A stretch of DNA of 64,000 nt from an uncultured delta proteobacterium (lineage in GTDB: Bacteria > Desulfobacterota > Binatia > Binatales > Binataceae): assembly GCA_963808235.1 (NCBI GenBank), contig CAWEEQ010000004.1, positions 2,720,001 through 2,784,000 on the forward strand, in the 5' to 3' direction. The notes beneath the pieces were generated by a model. The model saw only the letters and a program-made list of their open reading frames with translations. It ran no database searches and had not been told where the DNA came from. Numbering within the stretch: the stretch's first letter is position 1; each line of letters opens with the position of its first letter. The position numbers and the translations under genes are program-made. Below are positions 8,631-17,030 of the stretch, one piece after another.

Positions 8631-9232
8631 ATGGCCCTGACTCACGCGCAAATCGAACGCTACAGCCGGCAGATAATCGTTCCGCGTCTCGGCGGGCGGG
8701 GCCAGGAACGTATCCTCGCGGCCAGAATTGGGATCGCCGGCGAGGCGCGCGATATCGGAACTCCGCTCGCGTACTTAATTGGCGCGGGAGTTGGGAGAAT
8801 CGGCGTTCGGGTTGTCGGCAATCAGAGCGGATTTGATGAGACTATCGCGTCGATGCGGCAGCTCAACTCCGATGTGTCGGTTCGCATCGCTGACAAGTCA
8901 TTTGTGGACGTCGATCTGATCCTGGCCATCATCGGCAGTGACGCGGCGGCGAAAGTTGCGGAAGAGATCACTAGCAGTCGCGAGATGCGCGCACGGTGGT
9001 CGCGCGGCTCGATGCGCCGGGAATAATCGCCGTCATCCCCGACGCGCGCGGCCCGCGAATCGCAGACTCGTCGATTCTCGCGCGATTCGGCACGCGCTTG
9101 GAAGCTGCGGATTTTATCGCGATGCTCGCGACGGCCGAGGCATTCAAGCTGGTCGCCGGCTACGCGGAAAATCCATCGCGGGCGATCATTGAGTTCGATG
9201 GTTACGAGACCAAATCTCGCGTTCTGGCCTGA
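8631..9232 (+). CDS. Degenerate MoeB/ThiF-like protein (inactive-adenylation-domain type), with a 1-nt frameshift near 8994
   Basis: Keeps IERYSRQI..GGRGQERI, YLIGAGVGRI, LNSDV and AEAFKLVAG..FDG. Lacks GxGxxG, SNLxRQ and the Zn cysteines. ORFs 8631-9026 and 8996-9232 join if one base is added. Confidence 0.75.
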
Positions 9233-9237
9233 GCCAA

Positions 9238-9921
9238 ATGTACAAACTCTGGATGTTCGACTTCGACAACACGCTCGCGCGCCTCGAACCGGAAGTAGAT
9301 TGGGCGGGCGGCCGCCTGGTGCTCGAACCTTATCTCCGCTCGGTAGGCGCGCCCGATGAACTCTTCGAGCGAATACCGCGCGGCAACCTCCCGCTCTACG
9401 ACGCGTACCGAAAGTTGGTATTCGCCGGCGCGCATGGCTCGCCTCGGTCAACCGAACTCGAGCACGCGTCGGAAATAATCGAAGCGATCGAGCTTGCTGG
9501 AGTCGACCGTGCAAAGCCGCTCGAAGGTGCGCTCGAAATTCTTGCCGCTTTGAAGAAACTTGGCGCATCGGTCGCGATCGTCACGTCCAATTCCTCGCGC
9601 ACCATTCGCCGATGGTTCGAAGTGAATCGCGTTGATTTGAAAATCGACGCAATCGTCGGACGCGACAGTCTGCTCGCACTCAAGCCGGCGCCGGACATGG
9701 TCCTTCGCGCGCTGGAAATTTTGTCGGCTAAACCTTCCGATGCCGCCTTTGTCGGCGACAGCGAAGCTGATCTGCTCGCGGCCCGAAGTTCGGGCGTGCG
9801 ATTTTTCGGAATTGCGGCATCGGAGGCGGCGCGCGAGCGCCTGCTCGCGGCAGGCGGCACGGAAATTTACGCATCACCGACGGCGCTCGCGATTCATCTG
9901 AATCTGCTCGCCGCTCACTAG
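9238..9921 (+). CDS. HAD-superfamily hydrolase (Gph-like)
   Basis: Motifs FDFDNTL, IVTSN, KPAPD and FVGDSEAD. Confidence 0.9.
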   Translation: MYKLWMFDFDNTLARLEPEVDWAGGRLVLEPYLRSVGAPDELFERIPRGNLPLYDAYRKLVFAGAHGSPRSTELEHASEIIEAIELAGVDRAKPLEGALEILAALKKLGASVAIVTSNSSRTIRRWFEVNRVDLKIDAIVGRDSLLALKPAPDMVLRALEILSAKPSDAAFVGDSEADLLAARSSGVRFFGIAASEAARERLLAAGGTEIYASPTALAIHLNLLAAH

Positions 9922-10005
9922 ACGCCATCGGCGCTTGTGTCCTTCGTCGAGATTAAGTAACTTCTTTGGTTCACCAAGTAATCTATTCGTAAGGGAGCTT
10001 CGTTT

Positions 10006-10555
10006 TTGCAGATGGATCAAGGGTTTACCTTGTGGTTTACGGGTCTTTCCGGGGCGGGAAAATCGACGCTCGCGAACCTGGTCGCGGCGGAACTGAAGAA
10101 ACGAGGGCATCGCGTCGAGATTCTCGATGGCGACGAAGTCCGCACCAATCTGTCCAAGGGACTCGGCTTTTCCAAAGAGGATCGCGACATCAATATCCGG
10201 CGGATTGGCTACGTGTGTCATCTGCTGGCGCGCAATGGCGTGATCGCGATCTCGGCGGCGATTTCGCCCTATCGCGAAGTTCGCGACGAGGTGCGCCGCC
10301 AACACGATCGCTTTTTCGAAGTATTCGTGCGCTGCACGATCGACAAGCTGGTCGAGCGCGATGTGAAGGGCCTCTACAAGAAGGCGCTCGCCGGCGAGAT
10401 CAAATCGTTCACCGGAGTTTCGGACCCTTACGAAGAACCGCACAAGCCTGAACTCATCGTCGATAGCAGCACGGAAACCGTCGAGCAGAGCCTGGCCAAG
10501 TTGCTCAGTCAGGCTCGAAGAGCTGAAGTACATCAGCAAGGGAGCATCGCGATGA
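10006..10555 (+). CDS. cysC: Adenylyl-sulfate (APS) kinase, with a 1-nt insertion near 10510
   Basis: WFTGLSGAGKST, LDGDEVR and RDVKGLYKKA. Removing one base gives the usual ending RLEELKYISKGASR*, whose TGA overlaps the sat ATG (ATGA). Confidence 0.92.
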
Positions 10556-11727
10556 GCGTGCGCGACGATGCGATCTCGGCGCACGGCGGCGGTGAGCTGG
10601 TCGATCTGAAAGCGCCGGCAGCGGAGCGCGCGGCGCTCGGGGCTCGGGCGGCAAAGATGCCGGTCGTCACGCTGAATGCTCGCGACCTTGCGGATCTCGA
10701 AATGCTCGCGTCAGGCGCGTTCTCGCCGCTGACAGGTTTCATGGGCGAGGCGGATTACACTCGCTCGCGCGACGAGATGCGGCTTGCGTCGGGACTGCCG
10801 TGGTCGATTCCGATCACGCTGGCTGTCGATGAGGCAACCGCGCGTTCGCTCAAGAGCGGCAGTGAAGTCGCGCTCGCAACCGAAGACGGCAAGCGGCTCG
10901 CGATTCTCAAGCTTGCGGAAATTTACAAAGTCGATCGTCAGAAAGAAGCGCAAAGTGTGTTCGGAACGGCCGAGGACGCGCATCCGGGAGCGAAGAACGT
11001 CACCTCGATGCCGCCCTACTGCCTGGCCGGAGGTGTGACACTGATCGAAGACATACCGGGGCGCACGTTTCTCGAGTTCCCGCGCGAGCCGCGGCAGACG
11101 CGAGCCGCGTTTCGCGAGCGCGGATGGAAAAAGATCGTCGCGTTCCAGACTCGCAATCCGACTCATCGCGCGCATGAGTATATCCAGAAAGCGGCGCTCG
11201 AAATCTGCGACGGGCTGATGATTCATCCGCTGGTAGGCGAGACCAAAGGCGACGACGTGCCCGCCGCGGTCCGGATGGAGACCTACAAAGTTTTGCTCGA
11301 GCTGTACTATCCGAAGGATCGCGCGATGCTCGGCGTGTTCCCGGCGCATATGCGTTACGGCGGTCCGCGCGAGGCGATATTGCACGCGATCGTGCGCCGC
11401 AACTACGGATGCACGCACTTCATCGTCGGGCGCGATCATGCGGGAGTTGGGAACTATTACGGCAGCTACGACGCGCAGAAAATATTCGAGCGCTTCACGC
11501 CCGCCGAACTCGGAATCACGCCGTTGATGTTCGAGAACACGTTTTACTGCAAGCGATGCAACGCGATGGCGTCGTTCAAAACCTGTCCGCACACCGACGA
11601 CGATCGCTTGATCCTGTCGGGCACCAAGGTCCGCGAGATGCTACGCGCAGGCCAGGCGCCGCCGCCGGAGTTCACGCGCCCGGAGCTGGCCGCGATTCTG
11701 GTGCGGGCAATGCACGAAGCGAAGTAG
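10552..11727 (+). CDS. sat: Sulfate adenylyltransferase (ATP sulfurylase)
   Basis: Motifs GAFSPLTGFM, FQTRNPTHRAHE, MRYGGPREA, THFIVGRDHAG and LSGTKVR. Confidence 0.96.
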   Translation: MSVRDDAISAHGGGELVDLKAPAAERAALGARAAKMPVVTLNARDLADLEMLASGAFSPLTGFMGEADYTRSRDEMRLASGLPWSIPITLAVDEATARSLKSGSEVALATEDGKRLAILKLAEIYKVDRQKEAQSVFGTAEDAHPGAKNVTSMPPYCLAGGVTLIEDIPGRTFLEFPREPRQTRAAFRERGWKKIVAFQTRNPTHRAHEYIQKAALEICDGLMIHPLVGETKGDDVPAAVRMETYKVLLELYYPKDRAMLGVFPAHMRYGGPREAILHAIVRRNYGCTHFIVGRDHAGVGNYYGSYDAQKIFERFTPAELGITPLMFENTFYCKRCNAMASFKTCPHTDDDRLILSGTKVREMLRAGQAPPPEFTRPELAAILVRAMHEAK

Positions 11728-11770
11728 TCGAGTAAGTCGTCGTCAGGCGGGGGATCAAACGACTCCCGGT

Positions 11771-12166
11771 CTATTGGATCAACCGGAAACCCTTTCGGCG
11801 CGCGGCCCTGCGGTCGAACGTCGCGGTGTATTCACATCCGGCTCGAGAATTCGCCGACGCGATCAAACTGTCAGCAAAGTCAGCACCATTCTGGTACTCA
11901 TGAAGCGCGGAACGAGCGTCGTCGGGACGCTCAATCGACACTTGACTGGTCTGCAAGAGTGCCCCGAGCAGAGTGACAATCGTGGATCGGGAGTACTTGT
12001 ATCCCCGTTCGAGCACCCAGACTAACTCGGCCAAAACCACGTGATTGACAACACCCGGCTCCTCTACTGAGCAATCATTCTCAATAAATTTAACCGCCGC
12101 TCGAAACTGGGCGGGGTCATCTCTAACGAAGTAGCGAATCAGAATGTTGGTATCGATCCCCTTCAC
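11771..12166 (-). CDS. vapC: PIN-domain toxin, VapC family
   Basis: Motifs IDTNILIR, VLAELVWVL, DFADSLI and TFD. Confidence 0.92.
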   Translation of the reverse strand: MKGIDTNILIRYFVRDDPAQFRAAVKFIENDCSVEEPGVVNHVVLAELVWVLERGYKYSRSTIVTLLGALLQTSQVSIERPDDARSALHEYQNGADFADSLIASANSRAGCEYTATFDRRAARRKGFRLIQ

Positions 12167-12402
12167 CGTCGGCCGAATCTGCTCCTGATAGCCTCGTCCA
12201 TCTGTTCAATCGTCAGGCGCCGCGGAGCAGGGGCGAGCATTCCCTTGAGTTCCCGGATATCGATATTCTTCGGCACCATCACAACCTTACCGTCAGGTTG
12301 AATTACGAATTCGATTTTGTCCCCCGCTCGGAGCTTGAGATGGTTTCGGACCTTCAACGGGATCGTGGTCTGTCCCTTTCTGGTGATAGTCGATGTGGCC
12401 AT
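12163..12402 (-). CDS. AbrB/MazE/SpoVT-family antitoxin
   Basis: Reads STITRKGQTTIPLKVRNHLKLRAGDKIEF. GTGA overlap with the toxin gene. Confidence 0.92.
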   Translation of the reverse strand: MATSTITRKGQTTIPLKVRNHLKLRAGDKIEFVIQPDGKVVMVPKNIDIRELKGMLAPAPRRLTIEQMDEAIRSRFGRR

Positions 12403-12442
12403 ATTCCTTACCTTGGATGGAATTCCTTACCTAGGGTAAGGA
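12403..12442. promoter_or_regulatory. Putative toxin-antitoxin autoregulatory operator
   Basis: Inverted repeat TCCTTACC-TAG-GGTAAGGA at 12424-12442, plus direct repeat ATTCCTTACCT at 12403 and 12422, abutting the antitoxin start. Confidence 0.65.
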
Positions 12443-12484
12443 TACTACCTGTGAGCTGTGCTGTAAAGAAGTGCCCTGCAACGC

Positions 12485-13381
12485 TCAGCGCTGAAGCGCG
12501 CGCTCCTTGGCGGCGCGCTGCGCGCGTTCTGGATCGCCTGACCACATCCATGCCTGCTCGGTGCGGCTGACTCCGATCAGCACGCCCAAAAATGCGCTCG
12601 GATGGATGAACAGTCCGTTGAGTCCAGCCTCATCGCGGCGATTCGCCGCGAAGCGCGCACCGCGCGCGGTCAAGCGGCTCTCGATCGCGCTCACATCGTC
12701 GGTCTCGACATAGAACATGTAGAGCGAGTCGCCGCGGCGCTTGTGAAAGCGGCCCATCGCGAGGTTGTAGTCGGTTATCTGCGAAATCTCGATACGGTCG
12801 AGGCGCTCTGGTGGATCGAACAGGGTCAAAGTTCCGGTGTAGCCGAATTCCTTGCTCGTGATTGGACTGAACTTCGACGCATCCAGGCCGAAGATGCGTG
12901 CGTAGCGATCCGATGCCGCCTTCCAATCGGCGACGACGTTGGTGACTTCATAGGCCCACTTGATCGCCCCGACCGGCGCGCGTTCATGACGAGTGCTGAT
13001 GACCGTGCGCATCCCGAAGGTCGCGGCGGGATCGAGATAGAGCTGTCCGCTCACTTGCTCGAAACGCACGCCCGATTTTTCCAGATGATGCGCGGCCGCA
13101 TTGACGTCGTCCACCGAGAATCCAACTCCGAACAGGCCGTCCTGCCACCGGGAGACGAAATCCTGGACAGGCCCGGTACCGTCGGCTTCGAGGAGCTCGA
13201 TCAAGGTCGTCCCCGCTTGCATCGTGCTCCGCTTGGCGCGAATCGGCGGCGCGGTATCGCGATGAAGGAGTTCCGCGCCAAGTACTTCGGCCACGGTCCG
13301 CTCGGCTGCGGCGCGGTCAGTCACGGCAATTTGGATTCGGTCAACGCGTTTGAGCATCGTCGATATTTTCTCCTCGCTCAT
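12485..13381 (-). CDS. Two-domain VOC (glyoxalase/methylmalonyl-CoA epimerase-like) protein
   Basis: VDRIQIAV, IELLEA..GPVQDF...GLFGVGFSVDD and FIHPSAFLGVLI. Confidence 0.8.
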   Translation of the reverse strand: MSEEKISTMLKRVDRIQIAVTDRAAAERTVAEVLGAELLHRDTAPPIRAKRSTMQAGTTLIELLEADGTGPVQDFVSRWQDGLFGVGFSVDDVNAAAHHLEKSGVRFEQVSGQLYLDPAATFGMRTVISTRHERAPVGAIKWAYEVTNVVADWKAASDRYARIFGLDASKFSPITSKEFGYTGTLTLFDPPERLDRIEISQITDYNLAMGRFHKRRGDSLYMFYVETDDVSAIESRLTARGARFAANRRDEAGLNGLFIHPSAFLGVLIGVSRTEQAWMWSGDPERAQRAAKERALQR

Positions 13382-13393
13382 CTCGCTATCTCA

Positions 13394-13840
13394 CTATTTC
13401 ACGGGCGTCGGCTCTGGAACGAGGCGCGCGGTCATCGGATGCGATTCGTGCCGAATCAGAATATCCATGAAGTACTTGTCGGCCATCGCGGCTGCGACCT
13501 TGTCGGTCATATCAGTCGCCCCCTCGAGCCGGACTTTGTCGAATTCCTGGTCGGCAATCTTCACCTTCACGTAGGGATTCGCCGTGTTTCTCTGGACTCT
13601 TCCGAACGATCGATCGCCCAGACGCACATATAGCTGTCCGTCGATAACGACCAGCCACAGCTTCGACCAATGCTCACCCTCGTCCGGCCCGACAGTCATA
13701 ATCTGCAACGTGCTCTGATCGCGGAACGCGTTGGGATCCCATCCGGGAACCGGGCTGTTTGCGGCGCGAGCCGCACCTATCAGCGCGATCCCTAAAACGG
13801 CCGATGCCACGACCAGATTAAAGTTGATTCGGATCTTCAT
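13394..13840 (-). CDS. Exported hypothetical protein (split-barrel/DUF2255-like)
   Basis: Signal peptide, then LWLVVIDGQLYVR and MADKY motifs. Confidence 0.55.
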   Translation of the reverse strand: MKIRINFNLVVASAVLGIALIGAARAANSPVPGWDPNAFRDQSTLQIMTVGPDEGEHWSKLWLVVIDGQLYVRLGDRSFGRVQRNTANPYVKVKIADQEFDKVRLEGATDMTDKVAAAMADKYFMDILIRHESHPMTARLVPEPTPVK

Positions 13841-13937
13841 TAGCTTGCGCCCTCTGCATGCCATTAGTCTGCCAGGCCTTAAAAAATGGCAAGAGGCCGC
13901 GCAGAGGCATTTTCGAAAAAGTTTTACTTCTTACGTT

Positions 13938-14351
13938 TTACTGGAGAGGTGGCTCGTCGTCCGGAGGTGCAATTACCGGCGAGCCGTGATGCATCACCAC
14001 GAACCATCGCTCGCCGACTCGCTCGAAGACGTTGGTCGCGAGGACTTGCGATTTGGTGGTGCCCTCGTAGCCGCGCTGGGTGAGCACTTCCTCGACGACC
14101 ACAATCGCGAGGTCGCCGCTGATCATCACTTCCATCTCGCCGAGTTCGAACTTCATCTCGAAGGTGTTGTCGAAAATGCGCTCCCAGCTAGACATAATCG
14201 GACCCCATCCCGACAGTTTGCGCCATCCGGGATGGATACAGATGATACGCGGATCGCGCAGCCAGACGGTTTCCATTTTGTCAGCGTCGAGACTCTCGAA
14301 GGCGTCGTAGAAGGCGCGGTTGGCGGCGAGTACTGCTTCGCGGTCGGACAT
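13938..14351 (-). CDS. NTF2/SnoaL-like protein
   Basis: Reads MSDREAVLAANRAFYDAFESLD...CIHPGW...ATNVFER..WFVVMHHGSP. It is the C-terminal part of the spurious 889-aa ORF. Confidence 0.88.
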   Translation of the reverse strand: MSDREAVLAANRAFYDAFESLDADKMETVWLRDPRIICIHPGWRKLSGWGPIMSSWERIFDNTFEMKFELGEMEVMISGDLAIVVVEEVLTQRGYEGTTKSQVLATNVFERVGERWFVVMHHGSPVIAPPDDEPPLQ

Positions 14352-14416
14352 GATGTCGTCCCCTGGGACCCTTAGACTAATTTTTCGGACGACTACACGC
14401 CAGCCGAGCGAAATGA

Positions 14417-15139
14417 CTAGGAATGAGGCTCGACGCCGGAGGTCTTTTCGGCGAGTCCGGCGCCAGTGGCTTGGAACCGAATCGCGTCCGCGACGAGCGC
14501 GGCGATTTTGCGCGCGGCTTCGGCGATCGGAATCCCGCCGCGATGAATATTGGAAATCACACTGCGATCCGGCTCGATCGACTTGAGCGTCGGCCGATAG
14601 ATCACGTATGCGCTCAGGCTCTCGGCAGTCGCGAGGCCGGGGCGCTCGCCGACGATCATGCATACCACGTCCGGGTGGAGGATTTGGCCAAGATGATCCT
14701 CGATTCTGACCCTTGCGTTGCGGATGAAGATTGGCTTCAGCAGATTGCATCGCGATTTCAGCGCGCGCTCGAGCGCTTTCAGCAGCGGGACGGAATTTTT
14801 TTCGAGTGCTGCGGATGAGAGCCCGTCGCCGACGCATAGGAGGACGCTCGGTTTCGGCGCCTTGCCGCGTGCCGTTCGCGTCTTCGCTGCGCAAAGATTT
14901 TTGATCCGCGCGATATCGGCGGCGGCGATACGGCGGCCGCGCTCCGGATAGCGCAGATAATCTTCTCGGGTCTGCGCTTCGGAATGCACTTCGATGAGAC
15001 CGTTGCGGCGCGCCCAATCGCGCGGAATCTCGGTCATGACCGCGTCGACGGCGCGCGCATGATCGGCACGCAGAGAGAGCATCGCGTCCGTGGTGTAACG
15101 CGGACCGGCGCGCCCGACGCCGAGCCGCGCGGGCGTCGC
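14417..15139 (-). CDS. eutC: Ethanolamine ammonia-lyase light chain, probably the C-terminal part of an EutB-EutC fusion
   Basis: TPARLGVGRAGPRYTT, DHARAVDAV, YLRYPERGR, GDGLSS and IGERPGL-like VGERPGL. No start codon in its own frame upstream of TPARL. Confidence 0.9.
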   Translation of the reverse strand, partial: ATPARLGVGRAGPRYTTDAMLSLRADHARAVDAVMTEIPRDWARRNGLIEVHSEAQTREDYLRYPERGRRIAAADIARIKNLCAAKTRTARGKAPKPSVLLCVGDGLSSAALEKNSVPLLKALERALKSRCNLLKPIFIRNARVRIEDHLGQILHPDVVCMIVGERPGLATAESLSAYVIYRPTLKSIEPDRSVISNIHRGGIPIAEAARKIAALVADAIRFQATGAGLAEKTSGVEPHS

Positions 15140-16541
15140 GCGAACGCATCGCGTCGAAATCGGTTTTGCTCGTCGACGAATTCATCAGCATACGCGCATC
15201 ACCAGCGTGCGCGGTGAGACGGCCCTCGTTCAGAAGCCCGCGCTGCTCGCACCATGCTTCAAACTCGGGCGCGGGACGCATGTGGAGCGCGGCGCGAAGC
15301 GCGGACGCGTCGTGATAGCTGGTCGATTGATAGGAGAGCATCACGTCGTCACCCATCGGCACCGCCATGAAGTAGTTGCATCCGGCGGTTGCCAACAGCA
15401 CCGCGATATTTTCGCAGTCGTTCTGATCGGCGCGAGCGTGATTTGTGTAGCAGGCGTCGGCACCGTGAGGGACGCCGAGGATTTTGCCCATCAGATGATC
15501 CTCGAGTCCGGCACGGATGATCTGTTTGGCGTCGTAGAGGTATTCGGGACCGATGAACCCGACCACGGTGTTGACCAGCAACGGCGAGTAGCGGCGCGCA
15601 AGCCCGTAGCATCGCGCCTCCAAGGTGACCTGGTCGCTGTCTTCGTGCGCGCCGGCGGAGAGTTCACTGCCCTGCCCGGTTTCGAAGTACATCAGGTTGG
15701 GCGAGCGCAGCCGCCCGGTCTCGCGAATCATCGCGTAGCCCTCATCGAGCATCGCGACCGTGATTCCGAATCCGGCGTTGCCCTTCTCGGTGCCCGCGAG
15801 GCTCTGGAACATGATGTCCATCGGTGCGCCGCTTTCGAGCGCGCGCATCTGGGTGCTGATATGGCCCAGCACGCAGTTCTGAGTCGGCGCGCCGGTGCGC
15901 TCGATGATATCGGTGGTGAGATCGAGCAGGCGGCGGATGTTTTCGGGAGTGTCGATACACGGATTGATCCCGATGAGCGCGTCGCCGGTCGCGTAGGCAA
16001 GGCCTTCGTAGGTTGCAGCAGCGATGCCGTCCAAATCGTCGCGCGGATGGTTGGGCTGCAGCCGCGTGGAGAGCCGTCCGGCAAGGCCAAGCGTGGTGCG
16101 CGCCTTGGTCACGACGCGAATCTTTGCGGCGATCGTGATCAAGTCGAGATTGGTCGACAGCTTGGCGACAGCGGCGGCGATCTCGGCGCTGATTCCGCGG
16201 CCGGCCGCGAGGATAGCATCGCCGCTGGTCGTGTCGTCGAGTAGCCACTGGCGAAACTCGCCGACGGTGTTGTTGCGGACGCGGGCGAAGGCGTCTCGAT
16301 CCAGCGCGTCGTCGATAACGCGGGTCACCTCGTCGCGATCGTAGGGCACCACCGGATTTTCGCGCAGATCGTTAAGCGTCAAGTCGGCAAGCACGGTCTT
16401 GGCGGCGATACGCTCTTTCTCGGAGGTCGCCGCGATGCCCGCGAGCTCGTCGCCGGAGCGCGCTTCGTTGGCGCGCGCGAGCAATTCCCTGATCGAGCGG
16501 AAACGATAAGTGGCACCGAACAGGTGCGTTGAGAGTTTCAT
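15140..16541 (-). CDS. eutB: Ethanolamine ammonia-lyase heavy chain (adenosylcobalamin-dependent)
   Basis: RSGDELAG, RLQPNHP, MYFETGQGS, VNTVVGFIGPEY and QSTSYHD. No stop codon before the eutC-like sequence begins. Confidence 0.95.
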
Positions 16542-16927
16542 TGCGTGTTCAGTCGCGCACCGTGGAAATGAAACACGCGAACGGCGCTGATGAGGTCGCC
16601 GCGCCATTCGATCAGTTCGAGCACGTGCGCCGGGTTTGCGCCGTCGACATTGGAATGGCGCCGGTATTCGACCGCGGCGCGATCCTCAGCTTCGGTCACG
16701 GAAATGATCGCGAAGTGCAGCTCGGTGAAGCGAGCGAGGCCGCGGCGCGCATACACGGCGATTTCGTGGCGGCCGTGAAGAGCGAGTCTCCCGAGCTCGG
16801 GATAGATCTGCGCGATCAGCGCGCTCTCGTGGATCGCGTCGGGGGCATAGAGCGCGGCGACCGCAGCCGCATCGCGGCTTTCCCATGCGGATTTCCATTT
16901 TTCGACGCGTGCACTTGCGGTGGGCAT
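16538..16927 (-). CDS. SnoaL/NTF2-like protein
   Basis: WESRDAAAVAALYAPDA and RAAVEY. Its stop overlaps the eutB start (ATGA). Confidence 0.8.
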   Translation of the reverse strand: MPTASARVEKWKSAWESRDAAAVAALYAPDAIHESALIAQIYPELGRLALHGRHEIAVYARRGLARFTELHFAIISVTEAEDRAAVEYRRHSNVDGANPAHVLELIEWRGDLISAVRVFHFHGARLNTQ

Positions 16928-17030
16928 AGCCACAAACTAACGCGGAGCGATGAAGAGGGGAAATGGTTGCGCCGAGCTATCATAGAGATCGCCGATCGCG
17001 CGGTGGCGCTACCGAGTCCGGCTCGTCCGT

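Noticed and set aside
10006-11727. Apparent CysC-Sat fusion (573 aa, PAPS-synthetase-like order)
   Set aside because: Removing one base at about 10510 restores the normal CysC ending RLEELKYI and an ATGA overlap with sat, so it is most likely an artefact.
13938-16607. 889-aa ORF joining EutB to an NTF2 domain
   Set aside because: The middle is out-of-frame read-through across eutC, and the NTF2 gene has its own ATG at 14351.
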